A stretch of DNA of 64,000 nucleotides from Thermodesulfobacteriota bacterium. GTDB lineage: Bacteria > Desulfobacterota_D > UBA1144 > Nemesobacterales > UBA2774. The translations under genes and the position numbers were made by a program. The DNA is taken from the NCBI GenBank assembly GCA_963422265.1, contig OY729416.1:224001-288000 (forward strand). Direction: 5' to 3'. Below, in pieces: positions 1-9,121 of this stretch. Positions within the stretch are counted from its first letter, which is position 1, and each line of letters opens with the position of its first letter. The notes under the pieces were generated by a model. The model was not told the DNA's origin and did no database searches. It worked only from the letters and a program-made list of their open reading frames with translations.

Positions 1-901
1 GTTTTTTGTATTTATCTTGTGCCGAAAGACTTTGGACTGTTGAAATGACAATTTCCGCCTTTTTCCAGTCGTCGCGATTTTGCTTGTAGATAACGGAAGA
101 AAAATCATTCCTCAAATAGCGGTCAAAGTTTTTATGTGCTTGATTTTCTAATTCCAAGCGATCAACCAAAAATAAAATTCCTTTTGCGTTTCCCGTTCTT
201 AAGAATAGCTTGATAATTGCGGCGGAAATAAGCGTTTTTCCCGTTCCTGTCGCCATTTCAAAAAGAAAACGATCATTTCCTGCTTCGGCGGATTTTTGCA
301 AAGCGTGAATTGCTTTGAGCTGATAAGGGCGCAAAATTCGTAAATTTTCGTCCCAAAGATATTGTTCGCGTGTATCTTCTTTGAGATAGCGGGGGTCATC
401 TTTGAAATTTGGATTTTGCGTGAGGGCAATATAATCATCTTTGACTTCTTCGTCCGCTAAACGCTGGTTATCGGGTTTGAAATCCTGTCTGTGCTTCAAA
501 GATTCTTGCGTTGGAAATTCCGTAATAATTTCGGGATCGCCTCGTTCCAAATCCCAAAAATAATGAAGGTTGCCGTTTGAAAGAATTGCAAAACGAGCAT
601 TTTCGGTGTGGGCATATTTCCTCGCTTGTTCTTTTCCGTCTAACGGATTTTTATCTTCCTTTTTGGCTTCCAAAATAACAAGCGGGAAACCTTTTTCATC
701 AAGCAATAAAAAATCAATAAAGCCGTTTTTTGTAGATTCAAAATTTTCGCCAAAAGCGTCAATATCTTTTTGGGTAAGTTTTACATTTGGTTCAAGTTGA
801 ATGTTTGCCTGTCCTTTTTCATTATCAAAAAAATGCCAGCCCGCTTGTTCAAGCAGTTTGTTTATTTTTATTCGTGCTTTTGCTTCTTTAGAATTTGCCA
901 T
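1..901 (-). CDS. hsdR: Type I restriction enzyme R subunit (EcoEI/EcoAI-like), N-terminal part, runs off the left edge
   Basis: Not in the ORF track; translated by hand from ATG at 901: MANSKEAKARIKINKLLEQAGW...IDFLLLDEKGFPLVILEAKK (PD-ExK nuclease)...EQARKYA...LRPYQLKAI (Q motif)...FEMATGTGKT (Walker A)...ILFLVDR. Confidence 0.88.
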   Translation of the reverse strand, partial: MANSKEAKARIKINKLLEQAGWHFFDNEKGQANIQLEPNVKLTQKDIDAFGENFESTKNGFIDFLLLDEKGFPLVILEAKKEDKNPLDGKEQARKYAHTENARFAILSNGNLHYFWDLERGDPEIITEFPTQESLKHRQDFKPDNQRLADEEVKDDYIALTQNPNFKDDPRYLKEDTREQYLWDENLRILRPYQLKAIHALQKSAEAGNDRFLFEMATGTGKTLISAAIIKLFLRTGNAKGILFLVDRLELENQAHKNFDRYLRNDFSSVIYKQNRDDWKKAEIVISTVQSLSAQDKYKK

Positions 902-904
902 ATT

Positions 905-1120
905 TTATTTCATTAAATCATCAAGCGAAACGCCGAGAGCGTCCGCGATTTTTTTGACTGTATTAATTGTCGGGTTAGGGGTTGATCCCGCCTCAATTTT
1001 AGCAATCGTATGAAAAGCCAAATCTGCCTTTTTTGAAAGCACATCTTGAGAAATACCGAGCTTGTTTCTGTATTTCTTTATATTGTTCCCGATTGTGGAT
1101 TTTTCTTTTGACATATTCAT
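905..1120 (-). CDS. XRE-family helix-turn-helix regulator (controller-like), directly upstream of hsdR
   Basis: IGNNIKKYRNKLGISQDVLSKKADL...IAKIEAG...NPTINTVKKIADAL is a typical HTH_3 pattern; 3-bp gap to hsdR start. Confidence 0.9.
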   Translation of the reverse strand: MNMSKEKSTIGNNIKKYRNKLGISQDVLSKKADLAFHTIAKIEAGSTPNPTINTVKKIADALGVSLDDLMK

Positions 1121-1131
1121 ATAGTTTTACA

Positions 1132-1572
1132 CTGGGCGGCAATTTATCACAAGCTGAATATACCGCTAAAAAACACAAGCTCATTCTCGCAAAAAAGGAT
1201 TTGGAAGAAAAAATCACCGCTTTTGGGCGAAAGAGCAATAATCGGTTCGAACTTGCTATAAACTTCATAAAAGAAGCCAACCAAGCCGAAAAATGCGCTC
1301 AACAAGAAAATCCCGAAAGGATTCGGGGTTTTCTCAAAAAGATTGGTTCGAACTTCCGCATTGCCGACCGCACGCTGGCGTGCGACTTCAAAAATGCCTT
1401 TAAAATAGCGGAGAAATACCATGCCGAGGCGCTTTGCGCCGAGGCAACCTCTTACGATTTCGCAAAAAGTGAAAATTGGCGGAGGGAGTGGGATTCGAAC
1501 CCACGAGAGCCGTTTGACTCTACTGGTTTTCGAGACCAGCGCTTTCGTCCACTCAGCCATCCCTCCCACTAG
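1132..1572 (+). pseudogene. Probable C-terminal remnant of a large serine recombinase, frame running into the antisense of tRNA-Ser
   Basis: Coiled-coil-like LSQAEYTAKKHKLILAKKDLEEKI...FIKEANQAEK...FLKKIGSNFRI ending WRREWDSNPR (antisense tRNA). No catalytic N-terminus or credible start. Family assignment is from recalled resemblance. Confidence 0.55.
1477..1566 (-). tRNA. tRNA-Ser(CGA)
   Basis: Reverse complement GGAGGGATGGCTGAGTGG...CTGGT-CT-CGA-AA-ACCAG, long variable arm, GGTTCGAATCC, ends CCTCCGCCA; 90 nt. Confidence 0.96.
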
Positions 1573-1664
1573 GTAGAAAGATAAACTATCAAACCCTTTA
1601 TATTTAGCAACTAGTAATGCTGACGCCGTGCTAAACCATACTAGATAATGTAAACTTTTCCGTA

Positions 1665-3557
1665 ATGACAGATAGGGATTTTTTTACCGACGACGTCAGG
1701 GAGCAGATAAGGCAAGCCATCAGAGAAACTTTAGGAAACGAGGTTTTCTTTGTTGGTTCTCGTTCCCCATTCCCTAATGCGGCTCGCGAACAACCTTCAC
1801 AGCGACTGTCAGGGAAGCGTGTTGATTGGCTTGTTGAACATATAAAGGTTGTTGCTCGTGGTAACGATAGCTCTGCACCGGCCGTGATAGATTCGGCGCA
1901 ACCCGGAGATGTTGTAATACATAATCACCCTTCAGGGAATCTTAATCCTTCTAATCAGGACGTCCGAATGGCTTCACTGTTTGGCAATCAGGGTATTGGT
2001 TTTTTTATAGTGAATAACGAAGTGGATCGTGTTTACGTTGTGGTTGAACCTTTTTTAGAAAAGGAAAAAAAATCTCTTAATATAGATAAGATGAAGGTGC
2101 TTTTGCTTCCGCATGGCGAAATAGCGAACGTGATGAAGGAAGATTATGAGCAAAGGGAAGAGCAGTTAGATATGCTTGAGGCAGTTTCATCGGCGTTTAA
2201 TAATAGTAGAATTTCGCTTATAGAAGCGGGCACTGGCACAGGTAAGACTCTTGCTTATCTTATCCCTGCCTTATACTGGTCTCTTCAGAATGATGAAAGG
2301 GTCGTTATATCTACTAACACTATAAATCTCCAAGAACAGCTTATAGATAAAGATTTGCCCCTTTTAGCAAAAGCGCTGGACGAGGATTTTAGCTATTCTC
2401 TTGTTAAAGGAATGGGCAATTACCTTTGTCTTCTTAGAGCCGACACCATTGGTGACGGGCTTTTCGAAATGGCGGAAGAGGAAGAAGTAGATGCTCTTAC
2501 CGATGTCTTAGAATGGTCTAGAGTGACTGATGACGGATCGCTTTCGGATCTTAATTTTACTCCTCCCGATAGCGTATGGGACAAGGTTTCCGCAGATAGT
2601 GATAGTTGTCTCAGAGCCGGATGCCCATATTACTCCAAATGTTTCTTTTATAAATCAAGGCGCAAGAGCGCGTCCTCTCAGATTTTGGTAGTCAATCATC
2701 ATCTGCTCTTTGCTGACCTATCTATAAAAAGCGCCTCCGACAACAGCGAAGCTGGCGTCTTACCCCCTTTCAAGAGGGTGATTTTCGATGAGGCTCATCA
2801 CCTAGTAGATGCAGCAACGTCACATTTCGGTATGCGTGCGACTAAGTTTGGCATAATCAGGATATTAAGGCGACTCAAGAGAAAGAGCCGTAAGGGTGAG
2901 GCTAAAGGGCTTATCCTCTGGATGGTTTCGCTTGCTAGCAAGCTCATAAAGCATATAGGCGAGGGCATGCTCAACAAGGTGCTAGAAAAAGCGGATAAAA
3001 TCTTGTCTCCTAGTGTTGACGTGATTGAGAGCTACGTCACGGATGCCTTCGATTCTCTTTATAATGTTGCGCTCTGTGTGTCTCCTGATGCCTCTTCGTC
3101 CCTTCGGCGACCTAAGGACACCTCCTCCTCAGGCTCGCTACCCACCGGAGAGGTTAATTTAAGGGTTACTGAACATATTTACTTTAGAGAGGAGTGGGCA
3201 GGTATTGATGAGAAGTTCGTTGCTTTACGTATAAGGCTTAACGAGCTTCACAAAGAAATTAAATCATTCACTCATCTTCTAATTGATTATGAAGAGGAAG
3301 TAGAAGTAGCGAAGTTAATGGTTGAATTCAATGGGGTTGCGAACAAGCTCAATTATTACTCAGACGTTATAAGTGCTTTCTTAAGTAAGGAAAGAGACGG
3401 CTACGTCCGATGGATTGAAGGAAGACAAAGGAGAGGCAGTATAATTTCCGGCATTGGTTTGTCGCCTCTGGATATTTCGGGCTCTCTACAAGAAAGTCTG
3501 TATTCATGTTGTGATACCGTCATAATGACTTCAGCTACTATGGCAGTGGGGCAATAG
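1665..3557 (+). CDS. DinG/YoaA-family Fe-S helicase, N-terminal part, with N-terminal JAB/MPN-like domain (gene split at about 3550)
   Basis: HNHPSGNLNPSNQD (JAB); REEQLDM (Q motif); EAGTGTGKT; KGMGNYLC and C..C.C Fe-S ligands; VVNHHLLFAD; DEAHH; TSAT, then stop. Confidence 0.85.
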   Translation: MTDRDFFTDDVREQIRQAIRETLGNEVFFVGSRSPFPNAAREQPSQRLSGKRVDWLVEHIKVVARGNDSSAPAVIDSAQPGDVVIHNHPSGNLNPSNQDVRMASLFGNQGIGFFIVNNEVDRVYVVVEPFLEKEKKSLNIDKMKVLLLPHGEIANVMKEDYEQREEQLDMLEAVSSAFNNSRISLIEAGTGTGKTLAYLIPALYWSLQNDERVVISTNTINLQEQLIDKDLPLLAKALDEDFSYSLVKGMGNYLCLLRADTIGDGLFEMAEEEEVDALTDVLEWSRVTDDGSLSDLNFTPPDSVWDKVSADSDSCLRAGCPYYSKCFFYKSRRKSASSQILVVNHHLLFADLSIKSASDNSEAGVLPPFKRVIFDEAHHLVDAATSHFGMRATKFGIIRILRRLKRKSRKGEAKGLILWMVSLASKLIKHIGEGMLNKVLEKADKILSPSVDVIESYVTDAFDSLYNVALCVSPDASSSLRRPKDTSSSGSLPTGEVNLRVTEHIYFREEWAGIDEKFVALRIRLNELHKEIKSFTHLLIDYEEEVEVAKLMVEFNGVANKLNYYSDVISAFLSKERDGYVRWIEGRQRRGSIISGIGLSPLDISGSLQESLYSCCDTVIMTSATMAVGQ

Positions 3558-3565
3558 TTAAGACC

Positions 3566-4315
3566 ATGGGCAAGAGTTTTGAGTTCTTAAAGACTAGTCT
3601 TGGGTTGTCAGAACAGGATCGGGTGGATGAGTTGGTGCTGAACTCCCCTTTTAATTATAATGAGCAGCTCCTCCTGGCAATTCCTAATGACGTTCCGGAG
3701 CCTAATGCAAAGCGTCGTCCTGATCATGCCAAACGAAATTATGCCTCCTGTATCGTGTCTATTATTAAACAAGCGGTACAGGCTTCAAGGGGTAATGCCC
3801 TTATACTCTTTACCTCTTATTCCCTCCTCAATTCTGTATATGAGGATGTTCATGAGGAGCTAGAATCAAACGGAATAATGATTCTAAAACAAGGGCTACT
3901 TACAAGACGAAGGCTTTTGGATAAACTTAGAGTAGAACACGGTTCGGTTCTATTCGCAACAGATAGCTTTTGGGAAGGGGTTGACGTTCCTGGGGATTCT
4001 CTGAGACTAGTTGTAATAACGAGGCTTCCTTTCAGAGTTCCTACGGATCCTGTTATAGAGGCGCGTATAGAGGATATGGAGGCTCAGGGTATAAATTCGT
4101 TTTTGAATTATAGTGTTCCGGTAGCAGTTCTGAAGTTCAAGCAAGGTTTTGGGAGGCTTATAAGAACAAAGACTGACCGTGGCGCTGTGCTGGTTTTAGA
4201 CCGTAGGATAATAAGCAAGTTTTATGGAAAGTATTTTCTTGAGTCTCTCCCCGAATGTAGGAGCATTATAGGCAAATCCGACAATATAATAAAACAGCTT
4301 AGGGGCTTTTATTAG
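3566..4315 (+). CDS. DinG/YoaA helicase C-terminal RecA2 half (continuation in another frame)
   Basis: SPFNY, LFTSY, ATDSFWEGVDVPG, RLPF, KQGFGRLIR motifs IV-VI. Confidence 0.85.
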   Translation: MGKSFEFLKTSLGLSEQDRVDELVLNSPFNYNEQLLLAIPNDVPEPNAKRRPDHAKRNYASCIVSIIKQAVQASRGNALILFTSYSLLNSVYEDVHEELESNGIMILKQGLLTRRRLLDKLRVEHGSVLFATDSFWEGVDVPGDSLRLVVITRLPFRVPTDPVIEARIEDMEAQGINSFLNYSVPVAVLKFKQGFGRLIRTKTDRGAVLVLDRRIISKFYGKYFLESLPECRSIIGKSDNIIKQLRGFY

Positions 4316-4350
4316 TTTTAAGTATGAGGATAGAAGCTGTAAGCTAACAA

Positions 4351-5127
4351 CTATCTTGTGTTTAGAGCCTTTGCTATTTTTCTTACTAAGACGCGCGGCG
4401 TCAGTCTGTTTAGGAACGGCACGATCCCCGCTTTAAATCCAGGTATCACTATGGTCTTACCTTTTCTGAAGCCTTCATAGCCTGCTTTTACTACTGGCTC
4501 GACGTCAAGCAGACTGACCTTAAACAGGAGTGAGTCGTCAAGATGTGATTTTTCTCCAAACTCAGTCCTAACCGGACCCGGAGCTAAACACGAGATTTGA
4601 ATGTTAGGGTTTGTGATTTCCTCTGCCAATGCTTCCGTAAATGAAAGCACGTAAGCCTTTGTGGCGTAATAGACGGCTAGGTAAGGTCCCGGCTGAAAAC
4701 CCGCGAGCGACCCTACGTTCAATATGCCGCCGTAACCCCTTTCTATAAATCCTGGAAGAAAGAGTCTAGTAAGATTGGTAAGTGCCATCACGTTAACCCG
4801 TATCATGTCTAGCTGGTGTTCGGTGTCTAGCTCGGCAATTGCTCCTTTAGTGCCGAATCCGGCGTTATTTACCACTACGTCTATATCTATGCCCTCTTCG
4901 CTTAGACGGTTGAAAATTTCCACGGGCGCTGAACTTTCGGACAGGTCTTTTGCTAAAACGTGAACGTTAATTCCATGTTTAGTTTTGAGCTCTTCCGATA
5001 GTTGGTTAAGCCTGTCCTCCCTTCTAGCAACGAGCACCAGATCCGACCCGTCTTTGGCAAAAAGTTTAGCGAACTCCAATCCAATCCCCGATGACGCCCC
5101 TGTTATTAGAACAGTTTCTTTCGCCAT
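4351..5127 (-). CDS. Short-chain dehydrogenase/reductase
   Basis: TGASSGIG, NNAG, YYATK; ATG at 5127 preferred over the track start. Confidence 0.92.
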   Translation of the reverse strand: MAKETVLITGASSGIGLEFAKLFAKDGSDLVLVARREDRLNQLSEELKTKHGINVHVLAKDLSESSAPVEIFNRLSEEGIDIDVVVNNAGFGTKGAIAELDTEHQLDMIRVNVMALTNLTRLFLPGFIERGYGGILNVGSLAGFQPGPYLAVYYATKAYVLSFTEALAEEITNPNIQISCLAPGPVRTEFGEKSHLDDSLLFKVSLLDVEPVVKAGYEGFRKGKTIVIPGFKAGIVPFLNRLTPRVLVRKIAKALNTR

Positions 5128-5386
5128 TTGTCTCACCCCTTATCTGAAATGTAACCACCCATCTTACACCTAAGAGTTTATTATGTAAACACGTTTTGAT
5201 CAATCTGATCAATCTGTAAGGGGTGAATTGATTGACTCTCGCACCGATTTTATATAACCTTACCCTCTCTTGCTTGTTTCCCCTAATGCTCCCTGCTTGA
5301 TAAATGAGGGAACGTACTTTGTTGGGGATCATTCAGAATCTTACTTTTGCCAATATTTATAAACGGTTGGGAGGACGCTTTATATA

Positions 5387-7819
5387 ATGCCGACGCCATC
5401 TCAGATTTTACCAGTCAACATTGAAGACGAGATGAAGGATTCCTATCTTAGCTACTCGATGAGCGTTATTGTCGGGCGTGCTCTGCCTGACGTTAGAGAT
5501 GGGTTAAAACCCGTTCATAGGCGGATTCTCTACGGGATGGATAAGGTTGGTAACCAGTGGAACAGACCTTACAAAAAATCCGCGAGAATCGTAGGTGACG
5601 TTATGGGTAGATACCATCCCCACGGGGACGCCGCGATTTATGATACGCTCGTCCGCATGGCGCAGGATTTCTCGATGCGCTATACGCTGGTAGATGGACA
5701 AGGAAACTTTGGGTCTATTGACGGCGATCCTCCCGCGGCAATGAGATATACTGAGGTCAGGCTAGATAGAATCGCAAGCGAGATGCTTGATGACCTGGAC
5801 AAAGACACGGTTGACTTTGTGCCTAATTATGACGGTGGCGAGCAAGAGCCTGTAGTCCTTCCTTCTAAAATCCCAAATCTTTTATTGAATGGTTCATCCG
5901 GAATTGCAGTTGGCATGTCCACGAATATACCACCTCATAACCTGGCCGAATTGGTGGATGCCGTAGTTGCGCAGATAAAGAATCCGGATATATCGCTTGA
6001 TGAACTTATGACGCACCTGCCTGGACCTGATTTCCCTACGGGTGGCTTCATCACAGGGAGAAGTCCGATTAGGGATGCGTATGAAACAGGACGAGGCATA
6101 ATACGCGTTAGGGCTAGAGCTAAAATAGAGAAGCAGAAGAAGGGCGACAGAGAAATAATTATAGTAAGCGAAATACCATATCAGATAAACAAAGCAAAGC
6201 TGATAGAGCGTATCGCCGATTTGGTCAAAGAAGATAGGATAAAAGGTATTTCTGATATAAGGGATGAGTCGGATAGAGAAGGTATAAGGGTAGTAATAGA
6301 AATTAAGCGCGGGGAAGTTGCCGAGGTCGTATTGAACCAGTTATATAAGCATACTCCAATGGATACTTCTTATGGCGTTATTATGCTGGCGCTGGTAAGG
6401 AATCAGCCCCGTGTTCTTTCGCTAAGAGATACAATTAACCATTTTATAGTCCACCGAAAAGAGGTTGTTACGAGAAGGACCCAATATGAACTCAGAAAAG
6501 CGGAAGCAAGGCTTCATATCCTTGAAGGTTTAAAAATAGCACTTGATAGCATTGATGAAGTCATAGAGCTTATCAGAAAATCTGAGCGTCCCAGCGCGGC
6601 AAAAACCAAGCTTATGTCGAGACTCGGACTTACTGACGTTCAGGCTCAGGCGATTTTAGACATGCGTCTTCAGCGCCTCACTGCCATTGAAATGGACAAG
6701 ATTTTGGATGAAAGAAGGGAGCTTATCTCCACAGTGAAAAGATTGAATGAGGTTTTAGCGGACGAGAATCTAATACTTGGTATTGTTACGGAAGAATTAA
6801 CGGAAATCAAAGACCGTTATGGCGACGTAAGAAGAACTGAGATTTTAGATAGCACCGAAGAACTTTCATTAGAAGACCTAATAGCCGATGAGGATATGGT
6901 TGCAACCATAACTCACGAAGGTTATATCAAGACTACTTCGCTAAGCATCTATAGGGCGCAGAAGAGGGGTGGCAAGGGAAGGACCGGAATGACGACGAAG
7001 GATATGGACTTTGTCGAAACTTTATTTATCGCTTCTAAGCACAACTACGTATTATTCTTCTCGAATCTGGGTAAATGCTACTGGCTCAAGGTTCATGAGC
7101 TCCCCGAGGCCGGACCTACGGCTAGGGGTAAGGCTTTGGTAAATTTGCTTAGTCTCGCTTCACGAGAGAAGGTAGCAGCGGTGCTTCCGATTACCAATTT
7201 CGATGACAGCAAATACGTGCTTATGGCAACTAAGAATGGAATTGTCAAGAAAACGAGCCTCACGTCATATTCAAGGCCGCGAGCGGGTGGTATCATTGCC
7301 CTTAATATACGTGATGAGGACGAGTTAATAGCTGCTAAGCTCACAAGCGGTGGCGATGAAATACTGCTTACCTCGCATTTCGGGCAGGCAATTAGATTTA
7401 GGGAAGGTAAGGTGAGGGACATGGGAAGGGGCGCTACAGGGGTTATAGGTATAAAGCTTGCTTCTGGGGATGAAGTAGTAAGCTTGGAGGTTGTAGATAA
7501 TCCTGACGCCCAGGTTCTGACGGCAACGGAAATGGGCTATGGAAAACGGACCTTGGTATCTAGCTATAGGCTTACCAATAGGGGTGGTAAGGGGGTGATT
7601 GCCATAAAGACCACCGGCAAGAACGGCAGGGTCGTAAGCGCTTTTCAAGTAGCTAACAACACTCAAATCATGATGATAGCTACCCACGGTGGCAAGGTGA
7701 TACGTATGAACGTTTCTGGAATAAGAGAATGCGGAAGAAATACCCAGGGAGTCAAGCTTATAGATCTTGAGCCTGACGAGCGCGTCGCCGCCGTGGCAAA
7801 GGTAGTTGAAAGAGAGTGA
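5387..7819 (+). CDS. gyrA: DNA gyrase subunit A
   Basis: [22 protein letters not shown], GyrA-box QKRGGKG, C-terminal pinwheel repeats. Confidence 0.97.
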   Translation: MPTPSQILPVNIEDEMKDSYLSYSMSVIVGRALPDVRDGLKPVHRRILYGMDKVGNQWNRPYKKSARIVGDVMGRYHPHGDAAIYDTLVRMAQDFSMRYTLVDGQGNFGSIDGDPPAAMRYTEVRLDRIASEMLDDLDKDTVDFVPNYDGGEQEPVVLPSKIPNLLLNGSSGIAVGMSTNIPPHNLAELVDAVVAQIKNPDISLDELMTHLPGPDFPTGGFITGRSPIRDAYETGRGIIRVRARAKIEKQKKGDREIIIVSEIPYQINKAKLIERIADLVKEDRIKGISDIRDESDREGIRVVIEIKRGEVAEVVLNQLYKHTPMDTSYGVIMLALVRNQPRVLSLRDTINHFIVHRKEVVTRRTQYELRKAEARLHILEGLKIALDSIDEVIELIRKSERPSAAKTKLMSRLGLTDVQAQAILDMRLQRLTAIEMDKILDERRELISTVKRLNEVLADENLILGIVTEELTEIKDRYGDVRRTEILDSTEELSLEDLIADEDMVATITHEGYIKTTSLSIYRAQKRGGKGRTGMTTKDMDFVETLFIASKHNYVLFFSNLGKCYWLKVHELPEAGPTARGKALVNLLSLASREKVAAVLPITNFDDSKYVLMATKNGIVKKTSLTSYSRPRAGGIIALNIRDEDELIAAKLTSGGDEILLTSHFGQAIRFREGKVRDMGRGATGVIGIKLASGDEVVSLEVVDNPDAQVLTATEMGYGKRTLVSSYRLTNRGGKGVIAIKTTGKNGRVVSAFQVANNTQIMMIATHGGKVIRMNVSGIRECGRNTQGVKLIDLEPDERVAAVAKVVERE

Positions 7820-7822
7820 ACG

Positions 7823-8317
7823 TTGATTAGAGAGATAGAGAATATATTTCTTGATTTTAAGGGATATGGGTGTTTTGCTTGTGATCCGAGGAATGAACTT
7901 GGACTTCGCCTTAAATTCTACGCTAACGATGAAAAAGGGGAGGTCTTTACTAAATTTATACCTGAAAAGCACCTAGAGGGTTTTCCCGGTATTCTACACG
8001 GCGGAATTCAATGTGCCCTAGTGGACGAGGTAGCTTTTTGGGCTATGTTCGACAGACTACACAGGATAGCGCTTACCGCTAAGTTGAATATGGAGTTTCT
8101 AAGACCCGTGGATGCGTCCGCTGAATTAACAATAACGGGTAAGGTAGTTGAAGCTAAAGGGCGCAGGGTAAAGGTTAGGGTGGATATTTTTAATGGAGAG
8201 GAAAAGGTTTGCACAAAGAGCGAGGTTGATTACACTATATCAAGTAGGGAATTGGCTTATAAAATCATGGGTAAAGATAGGTTCACCGAACAATTTCAAA
8301 AGTATCTGGAAGATTGA
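7823..8317 (+). CDS. PaaI-family hotdog thioesterase
   Basis: CFAC..N..GL and GFPGILHGGIQCALVDE. Confidence 0.85.
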   Translation: MIREIENIFLDFKGYGCFACDPRNELGLRLKFYANDEKGEVFTKFIPEKHLEGFPGILHGGIQCALVDEVAFWAMFDRLHRIALTAKLNMEFLRPVDASAELTITGKVVEAKGRRVKVRVDIFNGEEKVCTKSEVDYTISSRELAYKIMGKDRFTEQFQKYLED

Positions 8318-8925
8318 AGATGTTAAAACTTTACGATCACCCGCTATCTGGAAACTCTTATAAATCAAGGCTAACATTGAGCCACCTGGGCGTGGAGTAT
8401 GAGAGAATCTGCGTTGACGTATTCAAAGGTGAACAGCACAGCGCCGAGTTCACCGCGTTAAATCCGAATAACAAGATACCTGTTCTGGTAGATGGTGGCT
8501 TTGTTATTTGGGAATCTAACGCAATCCCATTATATTTGGCTAAGAAATATGCACCGAACCCAATTTTTCCTGAGGACATTGAATGCTTTGGCTTAGTAGC
8601 TCAGTGGCTTCTCTTCGGTAAAACTACGATTGACCCTAATCTCGCTATGGCACGGGCTTTAACCCGCTTTGTCTCTCCCGAAGAACGCGATGACAAGGAG
8701 CTTGACAGGTTAAGGACGCAAGGCAGGTTAGCACTTAACGTTCTTGACGGTTATTTGAGAAACAACGATTTTCTTGCGAGATCTTATTCAATTGCGGATA
8801 TATGCTGCTACCCTTACGTTAATTTGGCTGAAGAGGGTGGGGTAAGTCTTTCAGGTTATCCGTCGGTGTTAGCTTGGTGCAAGCGAATACAGGAACAACC
8901 CGGATACGTTTCTATGGAAGATTAG
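8314..8925 (+). CDS. Glutathione S-transferase
   Basis: SGNSYK, LNPNNKIPVL, WESNAI, YSIADI. Confidence 0.92.
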   Translation: MKMLKLYDHPLSGNSYKSRLTLSHLGVEYERICVDVFKGEQHSAEFTALNPNNKIPVLVDGGFVIWESNAIPLYLAKKYAPNPIFPEDIECFGLVAQWLLFGKTTIDPNLAMARALTRFVSPEERDDKELDRLRTQGRLALNVLDGYLRNNDFLARSYSIADICCYPYVNLAEEGGVSLSGYPSVLAWCKRIQEQPGYVSMED

Positions 8926-8968
8926 CCTAAGGTGGCAAGCAAAGGCTTGTTTAGGAGTTGTGTTGTTG

Positions 8969-9042
8969 AGCGGGAAACGGGATTCGAACCCGCGACCTTC
9001 TCCTTGGCAAGGAGACGCTCTAGCCAACTGAGCTATTCCCGC
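8969..9042 (-). tRNA. tRNA-Gly(GCC), CCA not encoded
   Basis: Reverse complement GCGGGAATAGCTCAGTTGGCTAGAGCG-TCTCC-TT-GCC-AA-GGAGA-AGGTCGCGGGTTCGAATCCCGTTTCCCGCT, followed by CAA. Confidence 0.96.
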
Positions 9043-9056
9043 TTCTCAGAAACCTA

Positions 9057-9085
9057 AACATACAAAGACCAAGGCTGTTTGTCAA
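9057..9085 (-). promoter_or_regulatory. Sigma70-like promoter of tRNA-Gly
   Basis: TTGACA-N17-TATGTT on the minus strand just upstream of the tRNA. Confidence 0.6.
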
Positions 9086-9121
9086 GGATTCTAATCTTGC
9101 CCCTTTCATAATTTTGATACA

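Larger units (their letters stand above)
1..1476. mobile_element. Right end of a genomic island at the tRNA-Ser 3' end
   Basis: Restriction cargo and recombinase-like remnant abut the tRNA CCA end. I saw no CTAG before the tRNA, while it is frequent just after it. Confidence 0.65.

Noticed and set aside
1147-1569. 140-aa minus-strand ORF
   Set aside because: Begins inside tRNA-Ser and is the shadow of the plus-strand remnant.
5387-7819. parC
   Set aside because: GyrA-box QKRGGKG is present.
8969-9042. tRNA-Gly as an integration site
   Set aside because: Flanked by ordinary genes; no duplicated 3' end or integrase.
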